Assembly (NCBI GenBank): GCA_052327205.1
Contig: CM126204.1
Coordinates: forward strand, 261,516,001-261,580,000
Reading direction: 5' to 3'
DNA: 64,000 nucleotides
Source: Somniosus microcephalus
Taxonomy: Eukaryota
Part shown: piece by piece, positions 48,974-61,588 of the stretch
Layout of the letters: the number at the start of each line of letters is the position of its first letter
Position numbering within the stretch: the stretch's first letter is position 1
Made by a program: the position numbers and the translations under genes
The notes under the pieces: generated by a model
What the model saw: only the letters and a program-made list of their open reading frames with translations
What the model was told of the DNA's origin: nothing
Databases searched by the model: none

Positions 48974-51229
48974 CTAAGAAATATGAATACTTTAAGTAGC
49001 TGAGCTCTGCAAGATGCAAGTCATACTTAGTTTGCTTAACCAGCGCCACTACCTGCATGAACAAAATCAGTCATTTATTACTTTTAAAGGTTTATTAAAA
49101 GCTACAATTTTTACTTAAAATTGTTGATGTTGTAACACAATTTAAAGTGCTTAATATAAGTTACATGAAACTTAAAATAAGTATGAAGGATAATTTATGC
49201 TGAGTGAAAGGTTAGCAGAAAGGTCAAGTGATGCACCTGATCAAATCACCTAGACTACTTCTCTTAGTTACTGTATCTCTATGAAATAAGGACAGTGCAA
49301 ACAGTTTTATTCCACGTGTAATCTGGGAAGTGTAAATATGAAATTCAAACACATTAAAACAAATTCAAATATTTTTAAAAGTATGTTAGAAATGCAATGG
49401 ATCACTGCTAATAAAAAGATAATACAAATACTTCTGGTTATAAGTTGACAAAAAGTCATTTGTGACACCATCACTTGTGAGTTCTGAAGTTGTTCTAGAC
49501 TTGGTCCTTGGGTAAACCACATAAATTGCTAAACTGTTGAGGCTATTAACATGGAAGAAGCTGGCCCCAGCTTATTCCAGAAAGGCACTCCACTTTGTTC
49601 AGGAGAAGCCAATCACCAGGTTGAGAGACGAGGAGATGACAATTGAAATAACACGGTTTCCCATAACATTCGTAGCACATCAAATAGCTATTAATCAATG
49701 GTGACGTCATAGGACAATGGAAAATGTGCAAGTAATTACTATGTGGAAAGATTAAGCTCCAATGAAGAGCTTTCGAAAAGGCATCATCAGTACCAGGACC
49801 CAGATGTAAGCTGCCCTTGGATCCTGGATGCCAACTGAAATAGGGGGAGGGAAAGGGAGGGGAGGGATGGAAGGAGGTAAAATATTCTGATTATATTACT
49901 TTGAATCTTTCTGGTAGAAACGAGACCATGGTCATGGTCCTTTCCCAATAGCCTCTGTATGCATCAGCACTGATGAATATCCCTTTGCTTAACTAGATCT
50001 GATCATCCTACCTGCAGGGGCATTGGGTTGTAGAGTTATATTAAGCAGAAAAGGAAGAATATCAGCACCCAGTGATGTCTACCCCTGCAGGTTCCATTAG
50101 TAAGCAAGGCTGGCTGGTCAATCATCAACATGTCCTGGAAGATGCAGGCCTACCTGACTCAAGTATTGAATTACTGATCCTGCCATAATAGTTTGATTTG
50201 GTTCTGAGCTTGTAATACCAGATTTGTCATATTGGCGACCTTAACCTCAAAAACAACCAACTTGCCTCGTGCCCCTAACCTCAGACGACAGTCACTTGGC
50301 AGTCATTAGACAACTGACAAATGCAGGTATCAGCCACTGCCAGGCAGACAGAAGGTACCAAGAGCTCATCACCGGGGCATGGTGCATAGGCAACTCTCCA
50401 TAAAATATGCAACTGCATTGTCACCATCCTCCTGACCACAGCAGAGGCACACATCATATCCCATCAGACAGTAGTAACACCAGTAAGAGGTATGGAGCAT
50501 CTTCAGCAGTAGTTGCAGCCAAATCATGGTAGTCACCAAGCCCTCCAGCAAGTCTTAGATTTTACTCATCACCTTTGCAATACACATCTGCCTTCAATGT
50601 GGTGGAAGAACTTACAAAGGTTTGCTTGCCAGGTGCCAGCCACCTTTACCTAAATGTCTAGGGTAGCACATTCACACTTATTTTTTATGTTTTCCAATAT
50701 TGTATAGATTTGCTTACACGTGGGATTGAAGTGTAACCTCTTCTTCTCCCCACTTTCTCTGGTTTGCTTCTAAGCAATGGTGAAAACTGCTATGCAAGAT
50801 TATAAAGCAATTTGACTAAATAGGACCACAATTAAAGTCCAAGTACCACAGAATAACTGCAAGAAATATTTTTGACCTTTGTTAATGGAATACTAAATGC
50901 AAATCCTGACCAAAGTCACCATGCATCCACACAATCAGTAAATATTATGCTTAAAAATAATAAATTCAAATCATGCTGTTTTTGTTGTATTTAGTCGACA
51001 AAATTACCAAGATACAATCATTTTTTTTGTATAGGCACATTAAAAAGGGCTACACACTATCAGGATGGTTTTTTTTTTATTTGATGGGATATCAAAAACA
51101 ATCATATTGCAGTGGGCAGGAATGCAATACTTTTCCCTACTTTTAACATCTAGTATCAGTATTACCCATATTCATAATCAAGTAAACCACAGATAGAGGG
51201 TTGTACTGTAATACAGTATTGTTCTGACC

Positions 51230-51330
51230 CAGTTCTGACGAAGGGTCATCGACCTGAAACGTTAACTGTTTCTCTCGCCACAGATGCTGCCTGACCTGCT
51301 GAGTATTTCCAGCATTTTCTGTTTTTATTT
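51230..51330 (+). mobile_element. Penelope-like tail fragment carrying a minimal type-I hammerhead ribozyme motif (51230-51268)
   Basis: cagtt-CTGACGA-agggtc(atc)gacct-GAAA-cgtt-aactg, followed by the same GATGCTGCCTGACCTGCTGAG..TTCCAGCATTTTCTG tail seen at 40307-40400. Confidence 0.7.
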
Positions 51331-52426
51331 ATGATAGATGGTAATTATCCGTAACTCTGCTCCAATAATGTGCCTTAGCACCAGCCATAGAAAAGAACCT
51401 CCTGTTGCACAAAACATCCTTACGAGCTCCATGACTGAGTTTGTCTATTAGTACATACACAAAATGGTTCTCTGAAAATAATGAATACTAACAATTAAAT
51501 AATATGTGATTCTTTACATCTCTCATTCATACTATTGTGAATAAACTAAACTGCATTATGTTGTCATTCAGCTATCAAAGATGAACACATGCACACAATA
51601 TGCCAATCCAAATTAACGTTAAAAAAAATCATGCACCTTTCACAAGTGCACATAGTTTGATATTTTGAAACCAGTAGAGGTCAGCATTGATGCACACATT
51701 TTTGATACCGTACATCTATTATCCAATATGATCCTCGCATCAGAAAAGAAATATAATTAAGAGCAGAGGTGTTATCAGAAAGTTTGGATTTTTCCCAAAT
51801 CTTATGATTACTTCTAACATAAAACTTATGCATCCAGTATACTTTTTCTGTTGTAAATATTTTTGCAAGATGAATTAAAATCTGCAATTGAAAATACTGT
51901 ATTACACTACAAGCAAACAATTATACACAGCCAACAGTTTAAATATCTTAATATTCTGATTGTAATGCCTGCAAACATCTAACTTAGCAACAGGTTTCCA
52001 CAGGCCAACCTGGCATTGATTTACTGTTTACAAGAAGCTGAGTTTGAAAAGAAAATGGTACGGTAAGACATGAAATAGTATATGGAGAGGTAACATGTGC
52101 CTATGCAAATAAATTATTCATCCAATGAGCCACAAACATAATTCAGCATTAAAGTAGAGGAGTTTGCAAAATATATGATACTGCCCTTCCTAAAATATTA
52201 TATTAACTACTATACTCATTTATCGGAAAGCATAATTGAACATTGGATATACAGCATTAGCAGTAAGGGATACATTGCACATAGAACACTTGCCACTTAA
52301 GTATACAATTATCAGTTTCGACCTTTTGTTAAAAACTTAGCTGAGAACTGCCTGTCTAAAAGGTATCAGGAATGACAACCAAGTGTAAAACAGAAGACAC
52401 AAGAAACAATTGAAATGATTCCTTAC

Positions 52427-52500
52427 TTGCTTGCTCGGTCTGCCTCATCATCATCCAGTGGGGAAACAGCACCAGTGTGTGATGATCGTTGAGGGTGAAC
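52427..52500 (-). CDS. DENND1B: DENND1B internal coding exon
   Basis: Acceptor gtttgcctttAG|gtt and donor gcaa|GTaagg; 74 nt, phase 0/2, joins the 48973 exon in frame. Encodes VHPQRSSHTGAVSPLDDDEADRASK (human ..DDDDIERASK|LSSED). Confidence 0.82.
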
Positions 52501-53969
52501 CTAAAGGCAAACAGGGAAAAAAAGTGACTTTCAAAAGAGACCCTTTATGCCCCTCCTCCTTATGATTCCACGAGCGGCAGTGGCCGACCCAATTTGCCAG
52601 TCTTCTTGCATGAGTCTGGACAGAGAATGTCAGTGGGCTACTTAACCACTCCCGTCGTCAGTTAATATCCCAAATGATCAGCATTTCTGAAGAGACCACT
52701 GGAGACCAATCAAGGAGCAGCAACCCTGGATATTTTTTTTTTTCCTTCCTAGGGAATTCTGAGGTTAATGCTGCACTGGCTTTAATCAGCTAATACCGAT
52801 ACTGCAGTACAATGTTGATGAGTCAGATTTTCAGGAAGAAAATATGGGCACGCAATTATCATTAATCAAATAATACAAATCTTTTACAGTGCAGATATTG
52901 CGATTATAGCCATCCTACAAGTGATAAGAGTAGGGAATTTTACAAGTGTTTAAAAAAATTATAAATTATGCGCATCAGAAGGCACAATCATCACTGATGC
53001 GATATTGTTATATACACTTAAAATATAGAATACATCACAAGTTATTAACTGGAATTAATAACATTTTGTACTCATTGCCGAAAAACAGGACACCACCATT
53101 ACTCCAATGCAGCCCACCCAACAAACCAAACCTTGGTGTTCAATTAACATATTATATGTACTGGCAGATCTCCTGTGGCATTGCTCATAGTAAGCTGGAT
53201 GATATACAGTTTTATAATGATATAGGCGTGTTCTACCATGCATTAACATTCTATGGCTAAACTGCAACTGTGTTTAACCTGGTCCCTCCTTCAAAGCCAC
53301 AAAGTATAATTGCTTGAAATAGCAATATCTTAAGGCCAAGTAGTGGTTAACTGCTGCAGGTGAAAGTTTGCAGATAGTCAGGTCCTTGTACATTTTTTGC
53401 TCTAGGTCAGAAAGCATGAAATGACTGATTTAAAAAAAAACTTACAACTCTTCGAAGTGGGTTATCGTATGTGAAATGGATTAAAAACTTAAATTTTTAT
53501 AATAACAATTTTCCTATGGCACTGTCTGTTGTATCCGTGTGTTAATGGAGACACGGAATGCAGGAGTTGGTTTAACAGGTGTTTACTGAACAAAGTCTGG
53601 AGGTGAACTAAATGATACAAGACTCTATACAGGCTTATATACCCGAGTGGTCACTACCGGTATTACAGTACACAGGGGCTCTTAAAGGTACATACACTAC
53701 AATTCCTCCCCTTTTAGATAATTAGTACATAACATTTTAAGTAATCATTAATTAACATGTTTACAAGAACAATAATCTACACATTTGCTGCAGTTAATCA
53801 ATTATAAGTCAGTCTCTCTGGAGGCTTCCTGACTCGGTCCGGATAACGCCTCGGTGGTGTAGTAGGTTCTTCTGGCAAGGTCGATTCGGCTTGAATACCA
53901 GTGTCGGGTTCATCTGGTTCCAGTATCACCGGATCGGAGGTAGATACTATGGGTATCTCTGCTTCATCA

Positions 53970-56900
53970 TTAGGCGTATGGAGTTGTGGTGTAGGTTGTC
54001 CCTTTTCGGATGACTATGATCTGGTCAGCATGGCGCCTTATTATGCTTTTATCAATGTCCACGGTATACATCAGCGGTCCTAGTCGTGTGCAAATAGTTC
54101 CAGGCTGCCATTTTTCGGTACGGTAGTCCCGGGCCAAAACTTGTTGACCTATCTGGAAGGTTCTAGTTGGCCTTTCATTCATGCCTTGAAATTGCCGGTT
54201 CTCTACGTCCCTTCTGATGTTTGGCTTGATCAAATCCAGCCGGCATCTTAGTCTTCTATTGAAAAACATCATGGCGGGAGTTTGGTTTGGAACCACATGT
54301 GTTGCATTCCTGTATGCAAACAAGAAGTTATCTACCTTATGTTGTAGATTTGTGTCTTCATTACCCATGGCCTTTATGGCCTTCTTGAAGGTCTGGACAA
54401 ACCTTTCAGCTAATCCATTGGTGGCGGGATGGTATGGGGCGGACGTGTAGTGCTTAACCCCATTGTTTTTTAAGAACTTCCTGAATTCTTCGGACACAAA
54501 TTGCGGTCCATTATCAGAACAGATCTGTTCAGGCAGCCCATTCCTGGCAAATATGGTCCTTAATACTGTGATGGTTTTTTCCGTGGTGGTGGAGGACATC
54601 TTTATTACCTCCGGCCACTTGGAGTGTGCATCAACCGCGATTAAGAACATTGAGTCCATAAATGGACCAGCAAAGTCGATGTGTACCCTTTGCCAGGGAG
54701 ATGAGGGCCACTCCCATGGATGTAGAGGGGCTTCTGGTGGGGCGTTTTGGACCTTCTGGCATCCTAGACAGCTCTTGGTCATTTCTTCGATGTCTCCATT
54801 GATACCTGGCCACCACACAAACACTCTGGCTAGGTTCTTCATTTTCACTCCACCCAGATGCCCCTCGTGAAGCTCCTTTAGCACTTTATCCTGGAGTTTG
54901 GGTGGAATCACCACTCTGGATCCACACATCAAGGTTCCTCGGCACACGGACAGCTGTTCTCTTCTTTGCGAGAATGCTGGCAACAGTGGTTCGCCATGTG
55001 CTGGCCATCCCTTCACCGTTAAATCGTAGACTTGAGAGAGAGTCGGGTCATTTCTCGTTTCCTTTTCAATGGTAGAATTTGTTACTGGTAGACATTCCAC
55101 TATGGTTGAGTGGAACATCTCCACTGGGTCCACTGTAGGTGCCTCTTCTACCGTTGGCAACGGTAGGCGCGATAAACCGTCAGCATTCCCATGCTGTTTT
55201 GATCCTTTGTATTCTATGTCATATTGGTGTGCCCCTAGGAAAAGGGACCACCTCTGTAGCCTTTGCGCTGTCATAATGGGAACGCCCTTTTTAGGGTTGA
55301 ATATGGAGACGAGGGGTTGATGGTCAGTCAACAAGGTAAATTTTTGTCCGTGTAGGTAATGGTTGAATTTCTTCACTCCCCACACCAGGCTGAGTGCTTC
55401 CCTGTCGATCTGGGCATAGTTACGCTCAGCTGAGTTCAATGAGCGTGACGCAAAAGCTATCGGCCGCTCCGAGCCATCAGGGAATCTGTGCGATAATACC
55501 GCTCCTATGCCGTAAGGGGATGCATCGCACGCCAGTCTGATTGGCAGTGATGGGTTGTAATGAGCCAACACTTCCTTGGACGTGATCAAGCCTTTGCATT
55601 TATGGAAGGCACGTTTACAGTCTTCACTCCATTTCCAAATTACTCCCGTTTGTAGCAGTGCGTTAAGAGGGTGCAGAACAGTTGACAAGTTAGGTAAAAA
55701 TTTATGATAGTAATTTATCAATCCCAGGAACGACCTTAATTGTGAGACATTTTCAGGTGCTGGGGCTTTTATGACCGCTTCAATTTTTTCAGGTGACTTA
55801 TGCAACCCTTCTTCGTCAATTATATGGCCACAATATATTTGTTTCTGGAAAAATTCGCACTTGGGGCGATTTGCTCGTAGGCCCCGTTCTCTCAGCCTAG
55901 TGAGCACCTGCTCCAAATTGGCAAGGTGCTCGTTGTCGTTTTCTCCTGTTACAAGGATGTCGTCTAGGTAGCATTGAGTCCCCGAAATCCCTTGCAGGAC
56001 TTGCTCCATAGCTCTTTGCCAGATAGCTGGAGCTGATGCTACTCCGCAAACCAGTCAATTGTACTGGTACAGGCCTTTGTGTGTGTTTATCGTGAGATAC
56101 TTTTTAGAGGCCTCCTCAACCTCCATCTGTAGATATGCCTGTGCCAAGTCAATTTTGGTGAAACGTTTCCCTCTGGATAGTGAGGCGAAAATATCTTCTA
56201 TCCTTGGAAGAGGATACTGTATCGTGTGAAGGACCGGGTTTACAGTCACCTTGAAGTCCCCACAGATGCGAATTTTTCTCTGTTCTTCAGATTTATCATT
56301 ACTCAACGTTTTCTTCATGACCGGGACGATGGGTGTTACCCACTCGCTCCAATCTACCTTGGATAACACGCCTGCTTTTTCCAAATTCTCCAGCTTTGCC
56401 TCGACTGCTGGACGAATTGCGTATGGCACCGGCCTTGCCTTAAAAAACTTGGGAATTGCCGCATCTTCCACTTTTATTGAGGCGGTGACGCCTTTCAAGG
56501 TTCCTAGTTCCTGTTGAAACACTTCTTTGGCGTTAGCCAAGATGTCTTTTAATCGTTCAGGTATGATGTCATCATTTTTTTTCTTACTGGTCACCGTCAG
56601 TGCCTGAATGGAGTGCCAGTCTAAACGTATCTTCCTGATCCATTCACGTCCCAACAACGGTGGACCAGCATCTTGCAGAACGTATAAATACAACTTCTGT
56701 ATTTCCTTGCCGTTGTATACAACAGGCACCTTTATTTTCCCTCTGGGGTACACTTTCTGCCCCGTATATATTTTCAAGATAATGGATGTGTCTTTCAAAG
56801 GTATATGCGGAAATAGCCGCTCGTAATCCCGTCGACTTATGACGGTCAGAGCTGATCCTGTATCTAGCTCCATTTTAACTGGGGACCCCGCTATCGTGAG

Positions 56901-57023
56901 GGTAACCCAAATGGTCTGGTAATCTTCTTTGGCAATTACATTATGTAATTTGAGACAGCTTAGTCTCTTGTTTCCGGAGTCGCTATCGCTCTTCTGGTCT
57001 TCGGAGCTACTGTCCGTCATCAT
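53970..57023 (-). pseudogene. Gypsy pol (protease, RT, RNase H, integrase) with an in-frame stop
   Basis: LDTGS protease, RICGDFK and YLDD RT motifs, CDAS RNase H, HHCC and integrase core (HIDFAGP, SDNGPQF, NGLAERFV). A premature TGA at 56055-56057 (YQYN*LVCGVASAPAIWQ, probably CGA>TGA) splits the two ORF-track entries. Confidence 0.92.
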
Positions 57024-57772
57024 TTGTACCTTTCTGTACTTTTCCTTATTGATTTTTTTCTGTCAGTGGATTTTTTGTTTCCAGATCGGCATACACGTGC
57101 AATGTGTCCCATCTTTCCGCATTGCCTGCATGCTTTGTCCTTGAACCGGCAGTCTCTCTGGTCATGGGTGGATCTGCCGCAGCGATAACATCTCTCGAAA
57201 CCCCGTGTCATTTCATGGGTGCCGAAGTCCTGTGGCTTTTGCTGTATCTCTGCAGCTCCTCTTGCTGCTGCTTCGTATGATACAGCCACACTGAAAGCCT
57301 TGCCCAGTGTCAAATCTTTCTCAGAAAGTAGCCTTTTCTGTGTTCCTTCACTTAGGAGACCGCAGACTAATTTGTCTCGTAGAGAATCTGCCAGTCCTGC
57401 CCCGAATTGGCAGTGCTTTGACAGCTTTCTTAATTCGGTGAGGTAATCAGCGTTACTTTCATTCTTGTGCTGATTCCTGCTGAAGAATTTGAATCGTTCC
57501 GCTATCAGCAGCGGTGTTGGGTTTAAGTGCTCCTGTAGGGTATCAACAATCTCCTTAAAATTCTTGTCCATCGGTTTGGCTGGAGTGATTAAGTTTCGTA
57601 ACAGCCCGTATGTCCTTGCGCCCATCAGATTTAGAAGTACCGATGCCTTTTTATCATCCTCTACTTCATTCGCTGTGCAATATACCTCCACTCTTTCCAC
57701 ATATGTGGCCCAATCCTCTGTATCACTATCGAAAGCAGTAATATCGCCAGTCTTAGGCATCCTGAAAATCAA
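57020..57772 (-). pseudogene. Gypsy gag with two CCHC zinc knuckles
   Basis: CYRCGRSTHDQRDC and CRQCGKMGHIARVC knuckles. The frame changes near 57020-57060 before the protease. Confidence 0.88.
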
Positions 57773-57838
57773 AAATGGCGCCTCCCGCGCTTTCCTTTCT
57801 TCCCTGCCGAGAAAAAATGGCGCCTCCCGCGCTTTCCC
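57771..57838. repeat. Direct duplication of aaaaatggcgcctcccgcgctttcc in the Gypsy leader
   Basis: Two copies of the 25-mer, starting at ~57771 and ~57814. Confidence 0.85.
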
Positions 57839-60800
57839 GCCGCTGCTGACAACGCTGTTCTCCGCGGTTTTTATTTACACAGATATTTTTAATAGTTGGA
57901 GACTTGTTCCCGCCGGACTCTCTGGGACTTTTCCCTCCCTCTGCTTGGTCCGAATGCCGACCTGCTTTGCAGCGCCGGCCGTCTCCCGAGTGCTCCACCC
58001 TCCGTCTCTGTTTGCCTCCGCCTTCCGACTCGGCCCCGCTGCAGAGCCACCCGATCGAGCCCCAGCCCGCCGCCCAGGAAGGATTAGTGCAGTACCTGCC
58101 ACCAGCCCGGCTAGCTGGTGAAACCACAGTTTTGTTTTTTTTTCTTCGACCTTCGTCTGAGGAATCGATCTCCTTGAGGTGCTGCCGAATTGCAGGTAAG
58201 TCCGTTTCCAATTCGTCGCCACTGTTGCATCCGTGTGTTAATGGAGACACGGAATGCAGGAGTTGGTTTAACAGGTGTTTACTGAACAAAGTCTGGAGGT
58301 GAACTAAAAGATACAAGACGCTATACAGGCTTATATACCCGAGTGGCCACTACCGGTATTACAGTACACAGGGGCTCTTAAAGGTACATACACTACACTG
58401 TCCACACTAAATGAGGACAAGAACACCATCATGAAAAACACAAATATGTCCTTTTACACTTATAAAGTCTAATTAAAAGTAAACACTGGCTAAGTTCATG
58501 TATAAGTCAATTAAGAGGCTACAGACATTGTGTCTCTGATACTTCCTGTTGCTGGACCATTTGTACAGTGTGAATGTGAGTGACAGAGAGAGTGTGAGAG
58601 TGAGTGAGCAAGTGAGAAAGATAGTGTTGGCCATGCATTTTTCAACTTTAAGTGAATCATGAATAACAAACCAAGTTCAAACTTAAAGCAGTGTTATCTC
58701 AAAGCAAGAAGGAGTCAAAAAATGCTTAATTGTGTCTGGTAAAATAGCAGTGATAAACTGCTTAAACTTTAATTTGACAGTTACAGCTCCTCAATATTTC
58801 ACTGTCTTGTAATGATAATTTTATCACAGTAGCAGATTGAAACTGAACTGGGCATCAGTGCAAACTTGAAATTCTATGAAATTGTATAATCCACGCTATT
58901 AGTCATCTTCAGTCCTGTGGTGATCAGAAATTATAAATTCTACCATGTTCACTTTAGTGTTCCACAATTTTGGAGACAAAAAGAAAAACAGATAGAATCG
59001 CTGGGTGTAAGGATCTGTCAAGTGGAAGATGATTCCATCTGCCCTAGTAAAGAAAAAACACTTTCTCTCTACGATGTTGCTGTTTCAGGAATTCTGCCAT
59101 GTTGCTTTCTTTTCTCTTTTGTACGTGACAGCATAAGGGAACTGTCTTGTAAAAAGGGCGATGATGCAGAGGGAAAATACAGGATATGAAAACTGCATAA
59201 TATTCTGGTGTGAATGAAATGGCAGCAGTTGGTAAGATGGTCCCTTAAACTGGAGAAGACACAGCTTCCCCAGACAGATCTTCATGTACAAGGTTGCTCT
59301 TTCTCCCCATTTAATGATCACTTCTAGTCAGTGACTTTTAAACTTTAAATCCCTTATCCTAAATCACACTAGTCATTCACAGTTACGTCACCAGCAAACT
59401 GTATCCACGTCATCGAGATTAACCTCAAAATGTCTGCAAATCTTGCATCCCATCTTCTTAGCAGCCAAAATAAAACTGATGCTCAATGTCAAGGACAGCA
59501 CTTCACAGCATTTTGTTTTTTCTATCAGGCGTGTACCTATCCGATAAGAGGAGGAAATGCTGCATGATGCTGTACTCAACATCGCCTTTATTGGCTTCCA
59601 TGATAAATTCCCAACAAATGGCAACAATTTTCAATGTAAAATGTCTTTTAAAAACAACATGCCCATATGATAACCAGAGACTTCCCTCTTTTCAACCTAC
59701 CACTTTGGATCTCTGCATGCACCAGCCATGGCTAAAAGGACAGGCAATTTGCCTTGAGCCTTCACTTGTACTGCTGTGAAATGGGTCACAGTTTCACTGA
59801 TGTCAGGTGGGGTGAGGGAAGAAGGTCGAGGCTGACTGTGTTCCTGATATCTTTTTAACCTCACTCCCTGCTGGAAGTGCTTAACCTCCAATGGGCACCC
59901 AACCCATTCTCTCTGTCAGTGGAAATCATAAACATGACCATGTGCCCCTCTATTAGGCGATGCAGTGTGCTGGAGCAACATGCTGTCTGTGTTTGGCTAA
60001 CTGTGACTTTTGCTGGAAGTGCATGCGGAAACATCAGGTGACTATGGGATCAGGCTCAGGACCCAACCCTACGGTCAAATAGCAGCTGACACTCACTGTC
60101 CAGGCTAAAGTGAAAAATAACAATGTGGATCAAATATAAGAGAGGAGACCAACTGCACCTGCAGATCTGCAATGGGAAGAAGAGGCAAGGAGAATCCGAA
60201 GGAACATTAGATGTAATACTACTTGTAAATGCAGAGCATTCATTAATCTTTCTGGGCTATGTAGGTTGATATATTTTTCCATAAATGTCTGTTCCTCTGC
60301 AATTTTTTCTACACAAAATGAGAAACTTTGACAACCAGTTCAAAATGTTAATTTTGGGACCAGATGACAGGTTTCTGATAATTATTTTTCAGTAGTAACA
60401 CAGAAACCTTTTTCTAGCAGTATGTTTATGCCACATAAAAAGCCTTTGTTGTCAAACTGCATTAGAACAGTAAAAAAATCAATTGTATTAATAATCCGTC
60501 TATGCTTCATATTTGAACTAGTCATTTAAATACAAAGGTAATTATTAGTAATGAGCACTCTTTGATCCTTCTGGAAAAGACAAGCTTTCATGTATTCCAC
60601 TGTACATTTTGTTCCAAGTAGCACTGGATGTTTCTCTTGCATGTGTTAATAATCCATTTTGTTTCAGACAGAATTTTTTTTTAATGACTGCATTTTTAAA
60701 TAGCAGAATCAGAGAAAAAAAAGCCTCAGAAACCACTTCAAGTGGTACATCTGAAGGGCTTAAGAGGCACCTTGTACCATTTTCCAGGCTTCCAAAACAC

Positions 60801-61262
60801 GAATATAAAATATATATAAAATAGGATTTTTAAAAAATTGACTGCACCACCTCTGGTAAGCAGAAGTCATAACAAAGGCGATTAGATAAGGTTCCGATTT
60901 CCAGCTTCAATATTAATTACAGACTTCAAAGTCATAAATCTTGCACAAACTCATTAGAAAAACTGGAACTACTAAGTACATCTGCAAAATTTGTCTAATA
61001 GATGAAAGAAAAATGTAAATAAACCCCACTTCCTACTATTTGCAGAAGGGCAAATAACTTCAGTATGTTTTGCAGTGTAGACTTCCAGTTTAACAATGGA
61101 CAGACTGATACTAATAATCATGTGGGATACCAGAGTTCTAAACTACAAGTATAGTTGAATTAACTAACTCTCCCTTATCGATAGCATTCCACTAACTTTT
61201 TAGGAATATAATGCAATCTATCCCACTGAACTAGACAAATAGTCATTTGGAATAGTTTAAGC

Positions 61263-61588
61263 CTACAAGATGCACTGCAGCAACTCCCATAGGCTTCTTC
61301 GGCAGCACCTCCCAAACCCTCAACCTCCACCACCTAGAAGGTCAAGGGCAGCAGGCGTTGGGAACACCACCACCTCCAAGTCACACACCATCCCGAGTTG
61401 GAAATATATCGCAGAGCCTTCATCGTCGCTGGGTCAAAATCCTGGAACACTCTACCTAACAGCACCGTGGGAGTACCTTCACCAAACGGACTGCAGCAGT
61501 TGAAGAAGGTGGCTCACCACCACCTTCTCAAGGCATGGGCAATAAATGCTGGATTTGCTCGCAACACCCACATCTCGTGAATGAATAA
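61263..61588 (+). mobile_element. LINE (CR1/L2-type) 3' end fragment
   Basis: GSKSWNTLPNS..KKVAHHHLLK motif and tgaatgaataaa tail. An inverted homolog lies at ~36712-36940. Confidence 0.75.

Larger units (their letters stand above)
53527..58397 (-). mobile_element. Near full-length Gypsy/Ty3 LTR retrotransposon (probably Mag-like) in a DENND1B intron
   Basis: 175-bp LTRs at 53527-53701 and 58223-58397 (TG..CA, 4 differences by eye). 5-bp TSD CTGTC at 53522-53526 and 58398-58402. PPT (minus AAAAGGGGGAGGAAT) next to the 3' LTR. PBS TGGCGACGA at 58213-58221, complementary to the 3' end of tRNA-Ser(GCU). Domain order gag-PR-RT-RH-IN. Confidence 0.96.

Noticed and set aside
57489-58316. Several overlapping 100-210 aa ORFs in the Gypsy leader
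   Set aside because: Explained by GC-rich leader sequence and the antisense of gag. No env-like or other domain is evident.
58900-60830. Cluster of 60-97 aa ORFs in a DENND1B intron
   Set aside because: No consistent splice sites, no homology I can recognise, and lengths expected by chance.
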